Part shown: one piece after another, positions 8,122 to 17,371 of the stretch
Position numbering within the stretch: the first letter of the stretch is position 1
Layout of the letters: each line of letters opens with the position of its first letter
From: a virus
IMG/VR virus record: IMGVR_UViG_3300036861_001052
Location: 1-64,000 of that record
Length of the DNA: 64,000 nt
Direction: 5' to 3' (one strand)
Notes under the pieces: model-generated
The model's database searches: none
What the model was told of the DNA's origin: nothing
Seen by the model: only the letters and a program-made list of their open reading frames with translations
Program-made: the position numbers and the translations under genes

Positions 8122-8532
8122 ATGCCCGTCCGCAAGCTCAAGACCGCCAAGGAGTCTAGGTTCGCGGCGGAGGTCCGGCGGATGCTCGGAGTCGGGCCCG
8201 ACACTGACGTCGTCATGAAGACCCCGGAGTTCCACAGGCCGCGAGGTGCGACCGCTCCCGCGGCACCGCCGACGGACTTCGAAGCTCTCCGCGGCCTCGA
8301 CTCGAACGCCCTCCGAGAGCTCGGCTGCTCTGTGTGGTCAGAGCCGGACGACAAGGGCACCGTGCTCGTGCTCCTGCCGGGCGAATGGTACTCGTCCATC
8401 CCGGACGGCACCGAGCTCGAGAGCATCAGCCACTGCGCGGTACAATTCCGGAGAGGCATGACGAGCGCCGGCATTAGGTTCGGGTGCCTGGCGTATGGGC
8501 TACGGGTCAAGGAGTCGCGAGGCCGCGGGTGA
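8122..8532 (+). CDS. hypothetical protein
   Basis: Operon packing. Confidence 0.6.
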   Translation: MPVRKLKTAKESRFAAEVRRMLGVGPDTDVVMKTPEFHRPRGATAPAAPPTDFEALRGLDSNALRELGCSVWSEPDDKGTVLVLLPGEWYSSIPDGTELESISHCAVQFRRGMTSAGIRFGCLAYGLRVKESRGRG

Positions 8533-8828
8533 TGCACTACAAGCTCGTCGGCCACGAGCCCGTCCTCTGCGAGGATGTCCTCGAGTGGCAAGCTTGGCTC
8601 GCGACGGCTGATCGCAAGGTTGCCCTCACCGAGGTAGGGCCGTTCGTGGTGTCGACCGTATTTCTCCCAATAGGGGTCGAGGCTATGTTCCGGCGTCCGC
8701 CGCGACTCTTCGAGACAATCGTTTTCCGAGACGGGAGCCCCGACGAAGTTACGCGCACCGAGACGTGGGCCGAGGCTGAAGCGCTCCACGCCTCTATGGT
8801 CGCAAAGTGCAAAGGTAAGGTGAACTAG
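8532..8828 (+). CDS. conserved phage hypothetical protein
   Basis: VSTVFL...LFETIVF...TWAEAEALH, a motif common in phages. Confidence 0.7.
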   Translation: MHYKLVGHEPVLCEDVLEWQAWLATADRKVALTEVGPFVVSTVFLPIGVEAMFRRPPRLFETIVFRDGSPDEVTRTETWAEAEALHASMVAKCKGKVN

Positions 8829-9160
8829 TGGACCTGTCGGCCGTTCGCTGTCCGGACTGCGGGAAGCCCGGAGATCTCTACTTCTGGACGGACGGCAATC
8901 GCGTGGAGGCCTCGTGCTCTTGCGGAGGCGGCTTTGCCTCGCAAGGCGACGACGACATGGTCCGAGCCGTTCGTGCCCTCCTCCCAGGCGCCGGCGCGCA
9001 CACCTTGCTCGCGCGTGGCGTCACCGCCGTCGGAGACTACCTCTACTCCCCGGCGAAGCTCGGACGCATCAAGACTCCTCGCGAGACCGAACGCGACCTG
9101 ACAGAGCTCCTCCGTTGGCTCAGGGACGCGCGTGGATTTCTCGACCGGATCCCGAAGTGA
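8828..9160 (+). CDS. Zn-ribbon hypothetical protein
   Basis: CPDCG...CSCG. Confidence 0.6.
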   Translation: MDLSAVRCPDCGKPGDLYFWTDGNRVEASCSCGGGFASQGDDDMVRAVRALLPGAGAHTLLARGVTAVGDYLYSPAKLGRIKTPRETERDLTELLRWLRDARGFLDRIPK

Positions 9161-9594
9161 GCACCGCGGCCAATAGCCCTGACCTCACCACGGCGCACGG
9201 CGTCGGAGAAGTCCTGAACGCTCGCGGCCCGCTCTGGGACGAGGAGCACGGGGCACGCCTTCCCCAGGTAGCCTACGCCTGGCATATCCATCGGGACGGC
9301 GACTGGGTACGGGAAGACGCCGAGGAGTACGGCTGCGCGAGGGCCGCAATGGTTTTTCAGCGCGAGGGCGAGGCCGCTTGGCGCGGCCCAGAAAACCATC
9401 AATTCGTTACTGCGGAGGATGCCAAGGCGGCTTGCGACGCAGTCCTTGTCGCTCGCGGCTGGCTTTTCGACGAGACTTCGGTGCGCCCCGACCGGGAGAC
9501 GCTTTCTGTGCGGCGCTGCATTCACGGAGAGGCGCACGACACATTCTGTGCGGCCTGCGGCCTCCATAACTTCATCGAGCCAGAGCCCCCGTGA
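9157..9594 (+). CDS. hypothetical protein
   Basis: GTGA overlap start; C-terminal CIH...CAAC. Confidence 0.55.
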   Translation: MSTAANSPDLTTAHGVGEVLNARGPLWDEEHGARLPQVAYAWHIHRDGDWVREDAEEYGCARAAMVFQREGEAAWRGPENHQFVTAEDAKAACDAVLVARGWLFDETSVRPDRETLSVRRCIHGEAHDTFCAACGLHNFIEPEPP

Positions 9595-10097
9595 TCATCC
9601 TCACCTACCACGCGGTCGAGCAGTTCATGAGCCGGTGCAAGACCGAGCTCTCGCACGAGGCGGCGTGGAACTACCTCGAAAAGCAACTCCCTTACGCAAG
9701 GAAGCTCCGGGAGCGTAGCCTCTGCGGCGACACGCTCTGGTCCCTCCCGAACGGCCACTACCTCATCACGAAAGGAAGCCGTGACGGAGACGTCGCCGTC
9801 ACCTTCCTCCGCGAGCTCACCGAGCGGCAGGGGCCGGGGCCGACTCCGGAGGAGCTCGAGATGCTCATCGAGCGCGCGGTCCTGGACAGTCCGGCTTCTG
9901 CTGCCCCACGCGAAGGGACGCTGCGGTTCGAGGTGTCGGTGAGGTACACGCTCGGCGCCGACAACGAGCCCATCGCCGTCGAGCGCATCGAGCAGTCCCT
10001 CCGGACGGCAGTCGGGGCCCTGAAGGGGCGCCACTTCGCCAAAGCCACCGTGCCGACCGTCTTGATTGTCCGCACCGAAGACAAGGAAGCGCCATGA
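9591..10097 (+). CDS. hypothetical protein
   Basis: GTGA coupling; ILTYHAVEQF start. Confidence 0.6.
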   Translation: MIILTYHAVEQFMSRCKTELSHEAAWNYLEKQLPYARKLRERSLCGDTLWSLPNGHYLITKGSRDGDVAVTFLRELTERQGPGPTPEELEMLIERAVLDSPASAAPREGTLRFEVSVRYTLGADNEPIAVERIEQSLRTAVGALKGRHFAKATVPTVLIVRTEDKEAP

Positions 10098-10825
10098 CTT
10101 GGATCGAAACGTTCAGTGGAAAGAGAATCGACCTCGCGATGCCCGACCCGGAGGAGATCTCCCTCGCCGACATCGCTCACGCCCTCGCGCGTATCAACCG
10201 CTTCGTCGGCCACACCGGCAAGGGCTACTCCGTCGGAGAGCACTCCCTCTGGGCCTGGAAGATTGCCGCCCTCGAGCGTCCGAAGGACTATCTCTTCCAG
10301 CTCCACGCCGAGCTCCACGACGCCCACGAGGCCTACACTGGCGATATCTCGCACCCGATGAAGATGCTGCTCCGGCGGCTCGGCGCTGGCGACGCTCTCG
10401 AGAGGATCGAGCGCGGGGTGCAGAACGCAATCCTCGGAAAGCTCCGCGTCCCGCCGCTTTCGGAAAACGACCGGCGCGCCGTCAAGATCATCGACGTGCG
10501 CCTTCTCGCGACGGAGCACCGATGCCCAGCCCTCATGCCCCACGGCGGACAGCACCCATGGGACGCTGACGACTTCGAGCACTACGAGGGGATCCTCGAC
10601 GGGACGGTCGGACTGGAGCCCTACGATATGCTCGGGCCAGACGTTTGGAACGGGGACTTCCCGGTTCGAACTTCATTCCCAACCTGGCTCGGAACCTTTC
10701 AGCCCGCGGAAGAGCACCCAGTGTACAGACCCATCTCGAAGCCACTTTCCGAGTCGGAGGTCGCCTTTCTCTTCCAGAGCAACACGGACCGCCTCCTTTC
10801 CCTCATCTACGAGCCCTCCCCATGA
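10094..10825 (+). CDS. HD-domain phosphohydrolase (YfbR/YfdR-like 5'-deoxynucleotidase)
   Basis: DIAHALARINRFVGHT..YSVGEHS and LHDAHEAYTGDI..P.K. Confidence 0.85.
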   Translation: MTWIETFSGKRIDLAMPDPEEISLADIAHALARINRFVGHTGKGYSVGEHSLWAWKIAALERPKDYLFQLHAELHDAHEAYTGDISHPMKMLLRRLGAGDALERIERGVQNAILGKLRVPPLSENDRRAVKIIDVRLLATEHRCPALMPHGGQHPWDADDFEHYEGILDGTVGLEPYDMLGPDVWNGDFPVRTSFPTWLGTFQPAEEHPVYRPISKPLSESEVAFLFQSNTDRLLSLIYEPSP

Positions 10826-11217
10826 ACGTCTCCGAACTTTCGGATGACCAGCTCGTCGATGTCCTCATCGCAGAGACGGCTCGCTGGGCGCCTGCGGCCT
10901 CCGGCGTGTTGCTCGATCCCTTCGCCGAGGGACATCGCCAGAACCTCCTGGCCTGCAAAGACCAGCTCCTTCAGCGTCTCCGAGAACGCCTCGATAAGCC
11001 CCACCCGCTGCGGGACCAGATCCTGAAGCTCCTCACCGAGGACGGCACCGCGATGCGTACAGTGTCCGTCGAGCCTCCGGGATCGATCGGGGAGCCCGTA
11101 TGGGCGACGGTCAGCTTCGGCTGGCTCACGGTGAAGGGCACCGGACCCGATAAGCTCAAGGCTCTCGCCGACGCCTTCTTCGAGTACGACAAGGCCTTGA
11201 GGTCAGGAGGAGGATGA
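10822..11217 (+). CDS. hypothetical protein
   Basis: ATGA coupling. Confidence 0.6.
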   Translation: MNVSELSDDQLVDVLIAETARWAPAASGVLLDPFAEGHRQNLLACKDQLLQRLRERLDKPHPLRDQILKLLTEDGTAMRTVSVEPPGSIGEPVWATVSFGWLTVKGTGPDKLKALADAFFEYDKALRSGGG

Positions 11218-11480
11218 AGCTCTCTTCCAGAGGACGAGTGATGCCCAGTGACGACTGGCCCACAAAAGAAAGGCTGTCCGAGTTGGCTCAGTGGCCAGAC
11301 CTAGACGCGCTCTGCCGGCACTGCTGCTTGCGTCGCGGCCTGCATCGCACCTCCGACGACAAGTGCCCCGGTGACGAGGTCACCGTCGTGTGGAAGGAAA
11401 CCGAGAGCCACCGAGAGTTCATGCAGCGGGTCGACGCGAACTTCGCCGTCCGTTCGAGCTTCTTCGAAGCTTCGGAATAG
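11214..11480 (+). CDS. hypothetical protein (CxxC...H...C)
   Basis: AGGAGG RBS. Confidence 0.55.
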   Translation: MKLSSRGRVMPSDDWPTKERLSELAQWPDLDALCRHCCLRRGLHRTSDDKCPGDEVTVVWKETESHREFMQRVDANFAVRSSFFEASE

Positions 11481-11523
11481 CCGAGGCTCGCGTCCTCCGG
11501 GCACCTCGTTTAGAATCGGGGCC

Positions 11524-12516
11524 GTGCGCCGTAACCCGGCTCCGATGGCAGTCCTCGAGCCCGAGCCCGGGCTCCGCGAGGACATTGCGGCCGGCGTCAC
11601 CTGGGCGCGCTTTCTCGACCTGAACCACCGCCGCTTCGAGCGGACCGTGGGGATGCCGGTCGGCGAGCGCCTCGGCTGCGGGCTCTTTGGCTGCGTCTAC
11701 GAGACGACGCCTCCCTGGGTGGTGAAGTTCACGAGGGATGAGACGGAGGGGCCGATCTGGGCGCTCATGGCGGAGCTCCTTGCCGATCCCGAAGTGACCG
11801 GTGAGCTCGACGCGTTCCTTCGCGTGCGGGACGTCGTCCGGATCCGCCCCGACGTCATCTTCCGCGGCGAGGAGATGCCCGTCTACGGGATCGTGCGCGA
11901 GGAGGCCCTGCCCGTTCTCTACGAGCCCTACCTTGCGACCGACGAGACGCTTCGTCGTATGGGCGCGACGCCGGACATGCTCCGGAAGGCGGGCCTGCCG
12001 GTAGAGCGGCCTTCTCTGAACGACATCAACGACTCGCTCTCCAAGTTTCCGCCGCCCGTAAGGAGCTCTTTCCGGGAGCTCTTCGCCGTGCTGCTCGGCC
12101 TGATGGAGTACCGAAAGCACGCGCTCGTCTATCACAAGTGGCGCGGGGGCCTCATCCACGGCGAGTACGAGGGCCTGTCTCGAGAAGACGCAGAGGACAT
12201 CGCCGACCAGTCGTTTCGGGACATGCTCGGCGCGATTGACATGATGCGGGGCGGCTTCGATTTCACGAACCGCTACGGAGACGACATCGGCCGGACTCTC
12301 CTCGCCGCCGTGAACTTCGCCGATCTGGTCTTCCGAGATTTGCACCTCGGTAACGTGGGCTGGAGGATCCACGAGAAGATCGGCGGCGACTCCCGCCCGC
12401 TCACCATGGTGATCCTCGATCCGGGAGCGATGGCGACGCCGTACGTCCCGGAGATCCACGAAGTCGAGCTCGTTGCAAACCTCTCGCGAGAGCTCCGGAG
12501 AGCCCGTGGATCGTAA
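11524..12516 (+). CDS. protein-kinase-like enzyme, paralogue 1
   Basis: LGCGLFGCVY (Gly loop), VVKF, RDLHLGN, ILDPG; start GTG 11524 or ATG 11545; TAGAAT at 11511-11516. Confidence 0.8.
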   Translation: MRRNPAPMAVLEPEPGLREDIAAGVTWARFLDLNHRRFERTVGMPVGERLGCGLFGCVYETTPPWVVKFTRDETEGPIWALMAELLADPEVTGELDAFLRVRDVVRIRPDVIFRGEEMPVYGIVREEALPVLYEPYLATDETLRRMGATPDMLRKAGLPVERPSLNDINDSLSKFPPPVRSSFRELFAVLLGLMEYRKHALVYHKWRGGLIHGEYEGLSREDAEDIADQSFRDMLGAIDMMRGGFDFTNRYGDDIGRTLLAAVNFADLVFRDLHLGNVGWRIHEKIGGDSRPLTMVILDPGAMATPYVPEIHEVELVANLSRELRRARGS

Positions 12517-12862
12517 GGCCCTCCTCTTCTTCGGTGGCGGCATTGCCGCGGCAGGCGCTGCGGCCCTGGCGTATCTCCTCCGGACGCCGGCAGAGGACGA
12601 GACTCCGCTTTGCAAAACCCCGCCCCCCGGTCCTCAGCCACCGGTGCCTCCCGGCTGGCGCATGTACTCGGGCTCGGTGAGCTCGCTCGCTTCCCAGAAG
12701 GCTCGCCAGATGCTCTCCATGCCGATGGGCTCGAGTGACAGCTTCCTCGACGAGGACGGAGAAGTCCTGGGCGTGCTCGTCATGTGGCACTGCCACGATC
12801 CGTCCGAGGGCGTGACGCCGGTCGGCTGGCACAAGGGCGCGACGCTCTTCAGGATCGGCTGA
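12506..12862 (+). CDS. N-terminally membrane-anchored protein
   Basis: ALLFFGGGIAAAGAAALAYLL hydrophobic helix. Confidence 0.65.
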   Translation: MDRKALLFFGGGIAAAGAAALAYLLRTPAEDETPLCKTPPPGPQPPVPPGWRMYSGSVSSLASQKARQMLSMPMGSSDSFLDEDGEVLGVLVMWHCHDPSEGVTPVGWHKGATLFRIG

Positions 12863-12935
12863 TCAACTACCAGGATTTCAGGGCTCCGGTGGAGAAGCTT
12901 CCGGCTAAGCCCGAAACCGGTTAGTCTTTAGCTCG

Positions 12936-13235
12936 ATGCTGTACGGACTCGGCGCCACCAAGGACATGCTCTCGGCCGCGATCGCGGCGCTGCCTCCGTG
13001 CTACTCGCCCGAGCTCGACAACTGTCTCGACCGGGACAACGTCGATGGCCTACCGAAGGCGCAGTGCGACCTCATCCACGGGCCCTACGCGCAGGGAGTC
13101 GACGACAAGACCACGTTCGCGATGGACCACGCCATCAACGCCCTCTCGGTCTGCGAGCCGCCGTCGATGGTCCCCTACGTCGGGGCCGCGTTCGCGGCGG
13201 GGATCTTGCTCTCGGCGCTCGTGCTTAGACGTTAG
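12936..13235 (+). CDS. C-terminally membrane-anchored Cys-containing protein
   Basis: VGAAFAAGILLSALVLRR tail. Confidence 0.65.
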   Translation: MLYGLGATKDMLSAAIAALPPCYSPELDNCLDRDNVDGLPKAQCDLIHGPYAQGVDDKTTFAMDHAINALSVCEPPSMVPYVGAAFAAGILLSALVLRR

Positions 13236-13292
13236 GGAAGATTCTACGGCGATTCTGGGAGATTGCCGGGATGCTCTTCCAGAAAGGTCGCA

Positions 13293-13655
13293 CTAGCGGA
13301 TGTTCTCTATCTCATGGAGATAGTTAATCGCCTGGTCGTACATACCGGACGTAACGCTCCGCTGCGCGGCCAGGAGCCTCAGCGCTAAGTCAGGATGCCC
13401 CGTCGTGTGCTGAAACAATAGGAGCAGCTCGTACATGCAGCCCTGAGCGTCTTTCTTAGTAGCACCGCTCTTCGCTGCCTCGAGCGCCGCAATCGTAGTG
13501 TGCAGAACCACTTGGTAACAGATCTCCTCGAGCTTCACGTTGCGCGCGGCATAAGCCGCCGCAAAGCGCTCTCGATACTGCTTCACGAGGTACGCGAAGG
13601 TTCCCTGTGGGTAGTAGGCCGAAATGAACGCGACGGCTCCCATTTCTGAGTACAT
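13293..13655 (-). CDS. lower-GC helical hypothetical protein (moron-like)
   Basis: Visibly more AT-rich codons than its neighbours; has its own intergenic leader. Confidence 0.55.
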   Translation of the reverse strand: MYSEMGAVAFISAYYPQGTFAYLVKQYRERFAAAYAARNVKLEEICYQVVLHTTIAALEAAKSGATKKDAQGCMYELLLLFQHTTGHPDLALRLLAAQRSVTSGMYDQAINYLHEIENIR

Positions 13656-13723
13656 GGGTACGCATTTTGCCCCCCCCCGGGGGAAGTCAATGACCTTTTG
13701 ATGCCGCCCTGATCCCCGGTCGC

Positions 13724-14596
13724 TTAGAGCGCCGCGCGCGGATTCTCGAGGAGCACGGTCTCGATCTCCATCTTGTCCGTCGGCGTGTGACCCGGATCGA
13801 AGACCACGACCTTCGCCCAGTCGTCGTCGCTGCGCGGAAGGTGCCAGCCGATGTTCATGTTGTGGACGTCGCGGAGGAAGATGCGGTTCGAGGCGAGCAT
13901 CCCAAGGGACTCTCCGAGCGGCCCCATGAGCGGCCCGTGGAGGTGACCGAGTACGCGATCGATCGCCTCCTCGACGTCGTCCTGCGAGTCCATGCCGTAT
14001 CGACTCCTCATCGCCCCGAGGCGGGAGCGCTCTACGGAGCCGAGTCGCGACTTTCCGAAGAGATGCCAGAGCGTCGCGAGCTCTCGGTAATCGAAGAGCC
14101 CGTCGAGCCCATCGGAGAAGTCCTTCTGTCTGTCGGTCCCGCGCCTCAAGTTGAATGGCGCCTCCGGCGCCGGGAGCTCGAGGAGCTTCGTCTTAAACCC
14201 GCTCGTGAGGAGCGTCGTCCCGTGCCCGCGCTTGCCGAGTTCTTTCTGGCTGTACTCCCGAAAGACCGGCTCCACGGCCTCGCGCACGATGGCCCAGACC
14301 TTCCGGTTCTTGCCGCCGACCCTGAGATCAGGCGTCAGGCGCGTGATGCTCTTGAGCTCCACGAAACCGTCCGCGCCGTAGTCCTCGTCGGCCATGATGC
14401 CCCCGATCTTCGACCAGATGGGGCCCTCTGTCGGATCGATCGAAAACTTCACGACCCAAGGGCTCACCGACTCGAAGACGCAGCCCCAGTGCCCGCAGCC
14501 GAGCATCTCGCCTAGCGGCACACCGAGCGCGCCCGCGATGGCGTGGCGCTTGGTCATGAGGGCCTCGACCCACTGCTTCTTACGGTTCGGGAGCAT
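13724..14596 (-). CDS. protein-kinase-like enzyme, paralogue 2
   Basis: LGCGHWGCVF, PWVVKF..D.TEGPIW, RDVHNMN, VFDPG. Confidence 0.8.
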   Translation of the reverse strand: MLPNRKKQWVEALMTKRHAIAGALGVPLGEMLGCGHWGCVFESVSPWVVKFSIDPTEGPIWSKIGGIMADEDYGADGFVELKSITRLTPDLRVGGKNRKVWAIVREAVEPVFREYSQKELGKRGHGTTLLTSGFKTKLLELPAPEAPFNLRRGTDRQKDFSDGLDGLFDYRELATLWHLFGKSRLGSVERSRLGAMRSRYGMDSQDDVEEAIDRVLGHLHGPLMGPLGESLGMLASNRIFLRDVHNMNIGWHLPRSDDDWAKVVVFDPGHTPTDKMEIETVLLENPRAAL

Positions 14597-14837
14597 TGGC
14601 GATGAGTTCCCGGAGCGGCGCCTCGCCAGGGCCGGGAGGCCGGAGCGGCGACCACCGTATGAACGCGTCCGGCATTTGTCGGCGCGCAGCGATTGCCGCG
14701 AGTTGGGCGCTCCTCCAGTCGTCGAACGGACCGAGCGCGTACGTCACGAGGCCCTCATCGCCGTCCGGATCTGACAAGGCAATGAAGACGACGTACTGAC
14801 CGTGGAAGGCGTACCTCGGATCCGGCGGGACGATCAC
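14580..14837 (-). CDS. hypothetical protein
   Basis: GTGA overlap with the SLT gene stop. Confidence 0.55.
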   Translation of the reverse strand: MIVPPDPRYAFHGQYVVFIALSDPDGDEGLVTYALGPFDDWRSAQLAAIAARRQMPDAFIRWSPLRPPGPGEAPLRELIANAPEP

Positions 14838-15490
14838 AGGATCCTCGCGAGCTGCCGCGGGGGCTTGGTGAGCCCCGCGATGATCGCCGCGGCGTAGAGC
14901 CCCGCTGCACCGAGCATAACTCCCATGAGAAGCCGCGGGCGGCGGAGGCTCATGTACATCACGGCGGCGTTGTTCCACTTGATCACGTTGCCGGCGTAGT
15001 CGTCGGCCATGGCGAGGTTCCAGCGGTTCTTGCCGGGACTGCAGACAGAGCCCGAGTTATACGCAGCGGCTATCTCGGGGAGCTGCCCGTGGCGGCGCTG
15101 ACTGAGATCGGCGAGGAGAGCCGCGCCGACGTCGATGTTCGACTTCGGATCGAACATGTCGGCCGGATCTGCGCCGAAGAGGCGCGCCGTAGCAGGCATG
15201 ATCTGCATGAGCCCCCGCGCGCCCGCGTAGGAGACCTTCGTCGCTTGGTCTTGTGGGTCGTCCGACCAGAGGCCCGTCTCCTCCGTCATGATGGAGAGGA
15301 TCCACGCGGGCGGCAGGCCGTACGTGCCCGCAGCGTCGAGGATGAGGCCCGACCAATTGTTCCACGAGGCGGCCATCTGCTCGAAGTGCACGCTCCCCGG
15401 CTCGAACGCCGGCGTCCCCTCGCCGTCGACCTCGATGAGGCCGTCGGGGCGCATGTCCCACCTCTGGCCACCGCAAGCGTTCTCGAGCAT
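14834..15490 (-). CDS. lytic transglycosylase (SLT) with C-terminal membrane anchor
   Basis: IMTEET, GARGLMQIMPATA, AAYNSG; hydrophobic LLMGVMLGAAGLYAAAIIAGL. Confidence 0.9.
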   Translation of the reverse strand: MLENACGGQRWDMRPDGLIEVDGEGTPAFEPGSVHFEQMAASWNNWSGLILDAAGTYGLPPAWILSIMTEETGLWSDDPQDQATKVSYAGARGLMQIMPATARLFGADPADMFDPKSNIDVGAALLADLSQRRHGQLPEIAAAYNSGSVCSPGKNRWNLAMADDYAGNVIKWNNAAVMYMSLRRPRLLMGVMLGAAGLYAAAIIAGLTKPPRQLARIL

Positions 15491-15738
15491 CAGCCACGCT
15501 CCCCCGGAGGGTAGCTATCAGGTACCTCTTCGTCATCTGCCGCGACTTCGGCGAGCGCGCGAAGAGCGCCGACCGCTGCGATGACGCCTGCCGCAGCGCG
15601 TTCTACGCGTTCTTCCCAAACAGCAGGGATCTCTTCGCGATCGCCGATTCGTCGCTCGATTTGCTCGATCGCGTCGTGGAGGTCCTCCATGCGATCGCCA
15701 AGTTGCTTCGAAATGTCGACGATGAGGTCTTCGGGCAT
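15490..15738 (-). CDS. hypothetical coiled-coil protein
   Basis: Coupled to the SLT gene. Confidence 0.55.
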   Translation of the reverse strand: MPEDLIVDISKQLGDRMEDLHDAIEQIERRIGDREEIPAVWEERVERAAAGVIAAVGALRALAEVAADDEEVPDSYPPGERG

Positions 15739-15771
15739 GGCTAATTCTACCTTCTAGATCCCCATGCTAAC

Positions 15772-16350
15772 ATGCCCCACGTGGACAGACGCTGGCTCCT
15801 CGGAGGGCTACTCATTGCGGGCGGCGTAGGCCTCGTAGCCGCCGCGACGCGGCGCCCGAAGCTCAGCGAAAAGAGCCGGGTTCTGCTCATCGGCGATTCC
15901 ATGGCCGTGGGGCTCGATCCCCACATGCGAGAGCTCGCCGAGGAGAGCGGCATCGAAGCGTACGCCGCGCGCGCTACGGTCGGGACCCGGATCGATCAGT
16001 GGGCGTCGAGCTCCGCGCTCGACAAGGAGCTCGAGAGCTTTCAGCCGACTCTCATTCTCGTCTCGCTCGGCACGAACGACGAAGCGCTCGGCGAGGGCGC
16101 GGCCGACCGGCAAGAGCTCTACCTCGACGAGCTTCTAGAAAAGCTCATGGCTACGGGCGCCGAGGTTGTTTGGATCTTGCCGCCGGCCTTACCGTTTCCG
16201 ACGCACGGCGTGACGGAGCTCATTCGCGACAAGGCGCCGTTTTACTTCACGAGCGACCGGCTCGACATCCCGCGCTCTCCCGACGGTCTTCACCCGAACG
16301 CCGCCGGCTACGCGGGCTGGAGCGGGGCCATCTGGAGGTGGCTCTCGTAA
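15772..16350 (+). CDS. SGNH/GDSL hydrolase with N-terminal membrane anchor
   Basis: LLIGDSM, LGTND, DGLHP catalytic blocks. Confidence 0.9.
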   Translation: MPHVDRRWLLGGLLIAGGVGLVAAATRRPKLSEKSRVLLIGDSMAVGLDPHMRELAEESGIEAYAARATVGTRIDQWASSSALDKELESFQPTLILVSLGTNDEALGEGAADRQELYLDELLEKLMATGAEVVWILPPALPFPTHGVTELIRDKAPFYFTSDRLDIPRSPDGLHPNAAGYAGWSGAIWRWLS

Positions 16351-16724
16351 TGGCGAAACCAGGGGAGATGCCCGGGTTTTTCGACCGGTACTCCGTCGGC
16401 CACGCCGCGCTCGGCTGCGTGTTCGAGGCGTCACGAATCCCCGCGCCCATCGCGCTCGGCTCCCACGTGCTCTTCGAGATGGTCGAGGACGACGCGAAGA
16501 CGCTCCTGAAGCCGCTCTTCCCCGACACGCGGCCAGAGTCCCTCGAAAACCACACGGGAGACGTCGTGGCGTTCGCGGCGGGCTACTACGCGACGCGCGT
16601 GCTCCGAGGCAGCATCGACAGCGAGCTCCTCTTGAGCGCGTTCGTGGGGCTCGGAGCGGCGATCTGGATGTGGGCACTTCTTCGGGGCCCGGGCGGCGCG
16701 CCGCGCCCCGGGCCGGAGTTTTAG
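16350..16724 (+). CDS. membrane protein with conserved His/Glu (possible metal-dependent membrane enzyme)
   Basis: TAATG coupling; D.YSVGH, H..FEMVE, ESLENH.GD; TM helices. Confidence 0.6.
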   Translation: MAKPGEMPGFFDRYSVGHAALGCVFEASRIPAPIALGSHVLFEMVEDDAKTLLKPLFPDTRPESLENHTGDVVAFAAGYYATRVLRGSIDSELLLSAFVGLGAAIWMWALLRGPGGAPRPGPEF

Positions 16725-16731
16725 GCGGCCC

Positions 16732-17109
16732 GTGTCGGAACGCGACCCGGCCGTCGACAAGGCAATCGAAGATGCGCTCGATCAGCTTTTCCGCATGGAA
16801 AAGCTCCTCACGAAGATCGATCGGAACAAGATCCTGTCCGCCCTCGAAAACCTGAAGAAGGCCCTCGGGGGCATCGAGGACCTCCAAGAAGCGCTCGAGG
16901 CGATCCCCCATACCGAGCTCGACATGCGAATGGCGCGCCTCCGAATTCAGGCCATAACGGGCCTCCAGCCGCCGTCTCTCGCCTCCGACCCCGACCGGAC
17001 GCCCGTCGAGCACATGCAGGTACGAAGACCCTCCTCGTCGACGTTCAAGGCGAGGGGCGAGACCCAGCCGGGCCTCGGCACGAGGATCCCACATCCGAAG
17101 AAACCATGA
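16732..17109 (+). CDS. hypothetical protein
   Basis: Helical ORF in operon. Confidence 0.6.
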   Translation: MSERDPAVDKAIEDALDQLFRMEKLLTKIDRNKILSALENLKKALGGIEDLQEALEAIPHTELDMRMARLRIQAITGLQPPSLASDPDRTPVEHMQVRRPSSSTFKARGETQPGLGTRIPHPKKP

Positions 17110-17114
17110 TCCCT

Positions 17115-17134
17115 ATTGGCTAGCACTGCTAGCC
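17115..17134. promoter_or_regulatory. palindromic operator GGCTAGCA-c-TGCTAGCC
   Basis: 19/20 identical to the reverse complement of 59878-59897. Confidence 0.65.
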
Positions 17135-17158
17135 GTGCTAGGGCTGTCTGTAAGCCAC

Positions 17159-17344
17159 GTGACCGACGATAACCCCGATCGGGGCCTTTCTCGAAACCGG
17201 CGGGGCGTCTACCTCAGGATCCCGGTCCTCTTGTACGACAAGCTCCTACGCCTGGTCGCCGCCAAGACCGCGAAAGGACGCCAAGCCTCCGTGAATAGCG
17301 TCGTGATTTCCCTCATCGAGGATGCCGATGAGCCGGCGGCCTAG
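17159..17344 (+). CDS. Arc-like ribbon-helix-helix regulator
   Basis: VYLRIPVLLYDKL...ASVNSVVISLIE. Confidence 0.65.
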   Translation: MTDDNPDRGLSRNRRGVYLRIPVLLYDKLLRLVAAKTAKGRQASVNSVVISLIEDADEPAA

Positions 17345-17371
17345 ACCCCCCTCGGACCCTGGGGTGATGAA

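Noticed and set aside
10094-10825. HD protein as DatZ, implying a 2-aminoadenine genome
   Set aside because: No PurZ, MazZ or dedicated polymerase recognisable in the window; generic YfbR/YfdR-like motifs suffice
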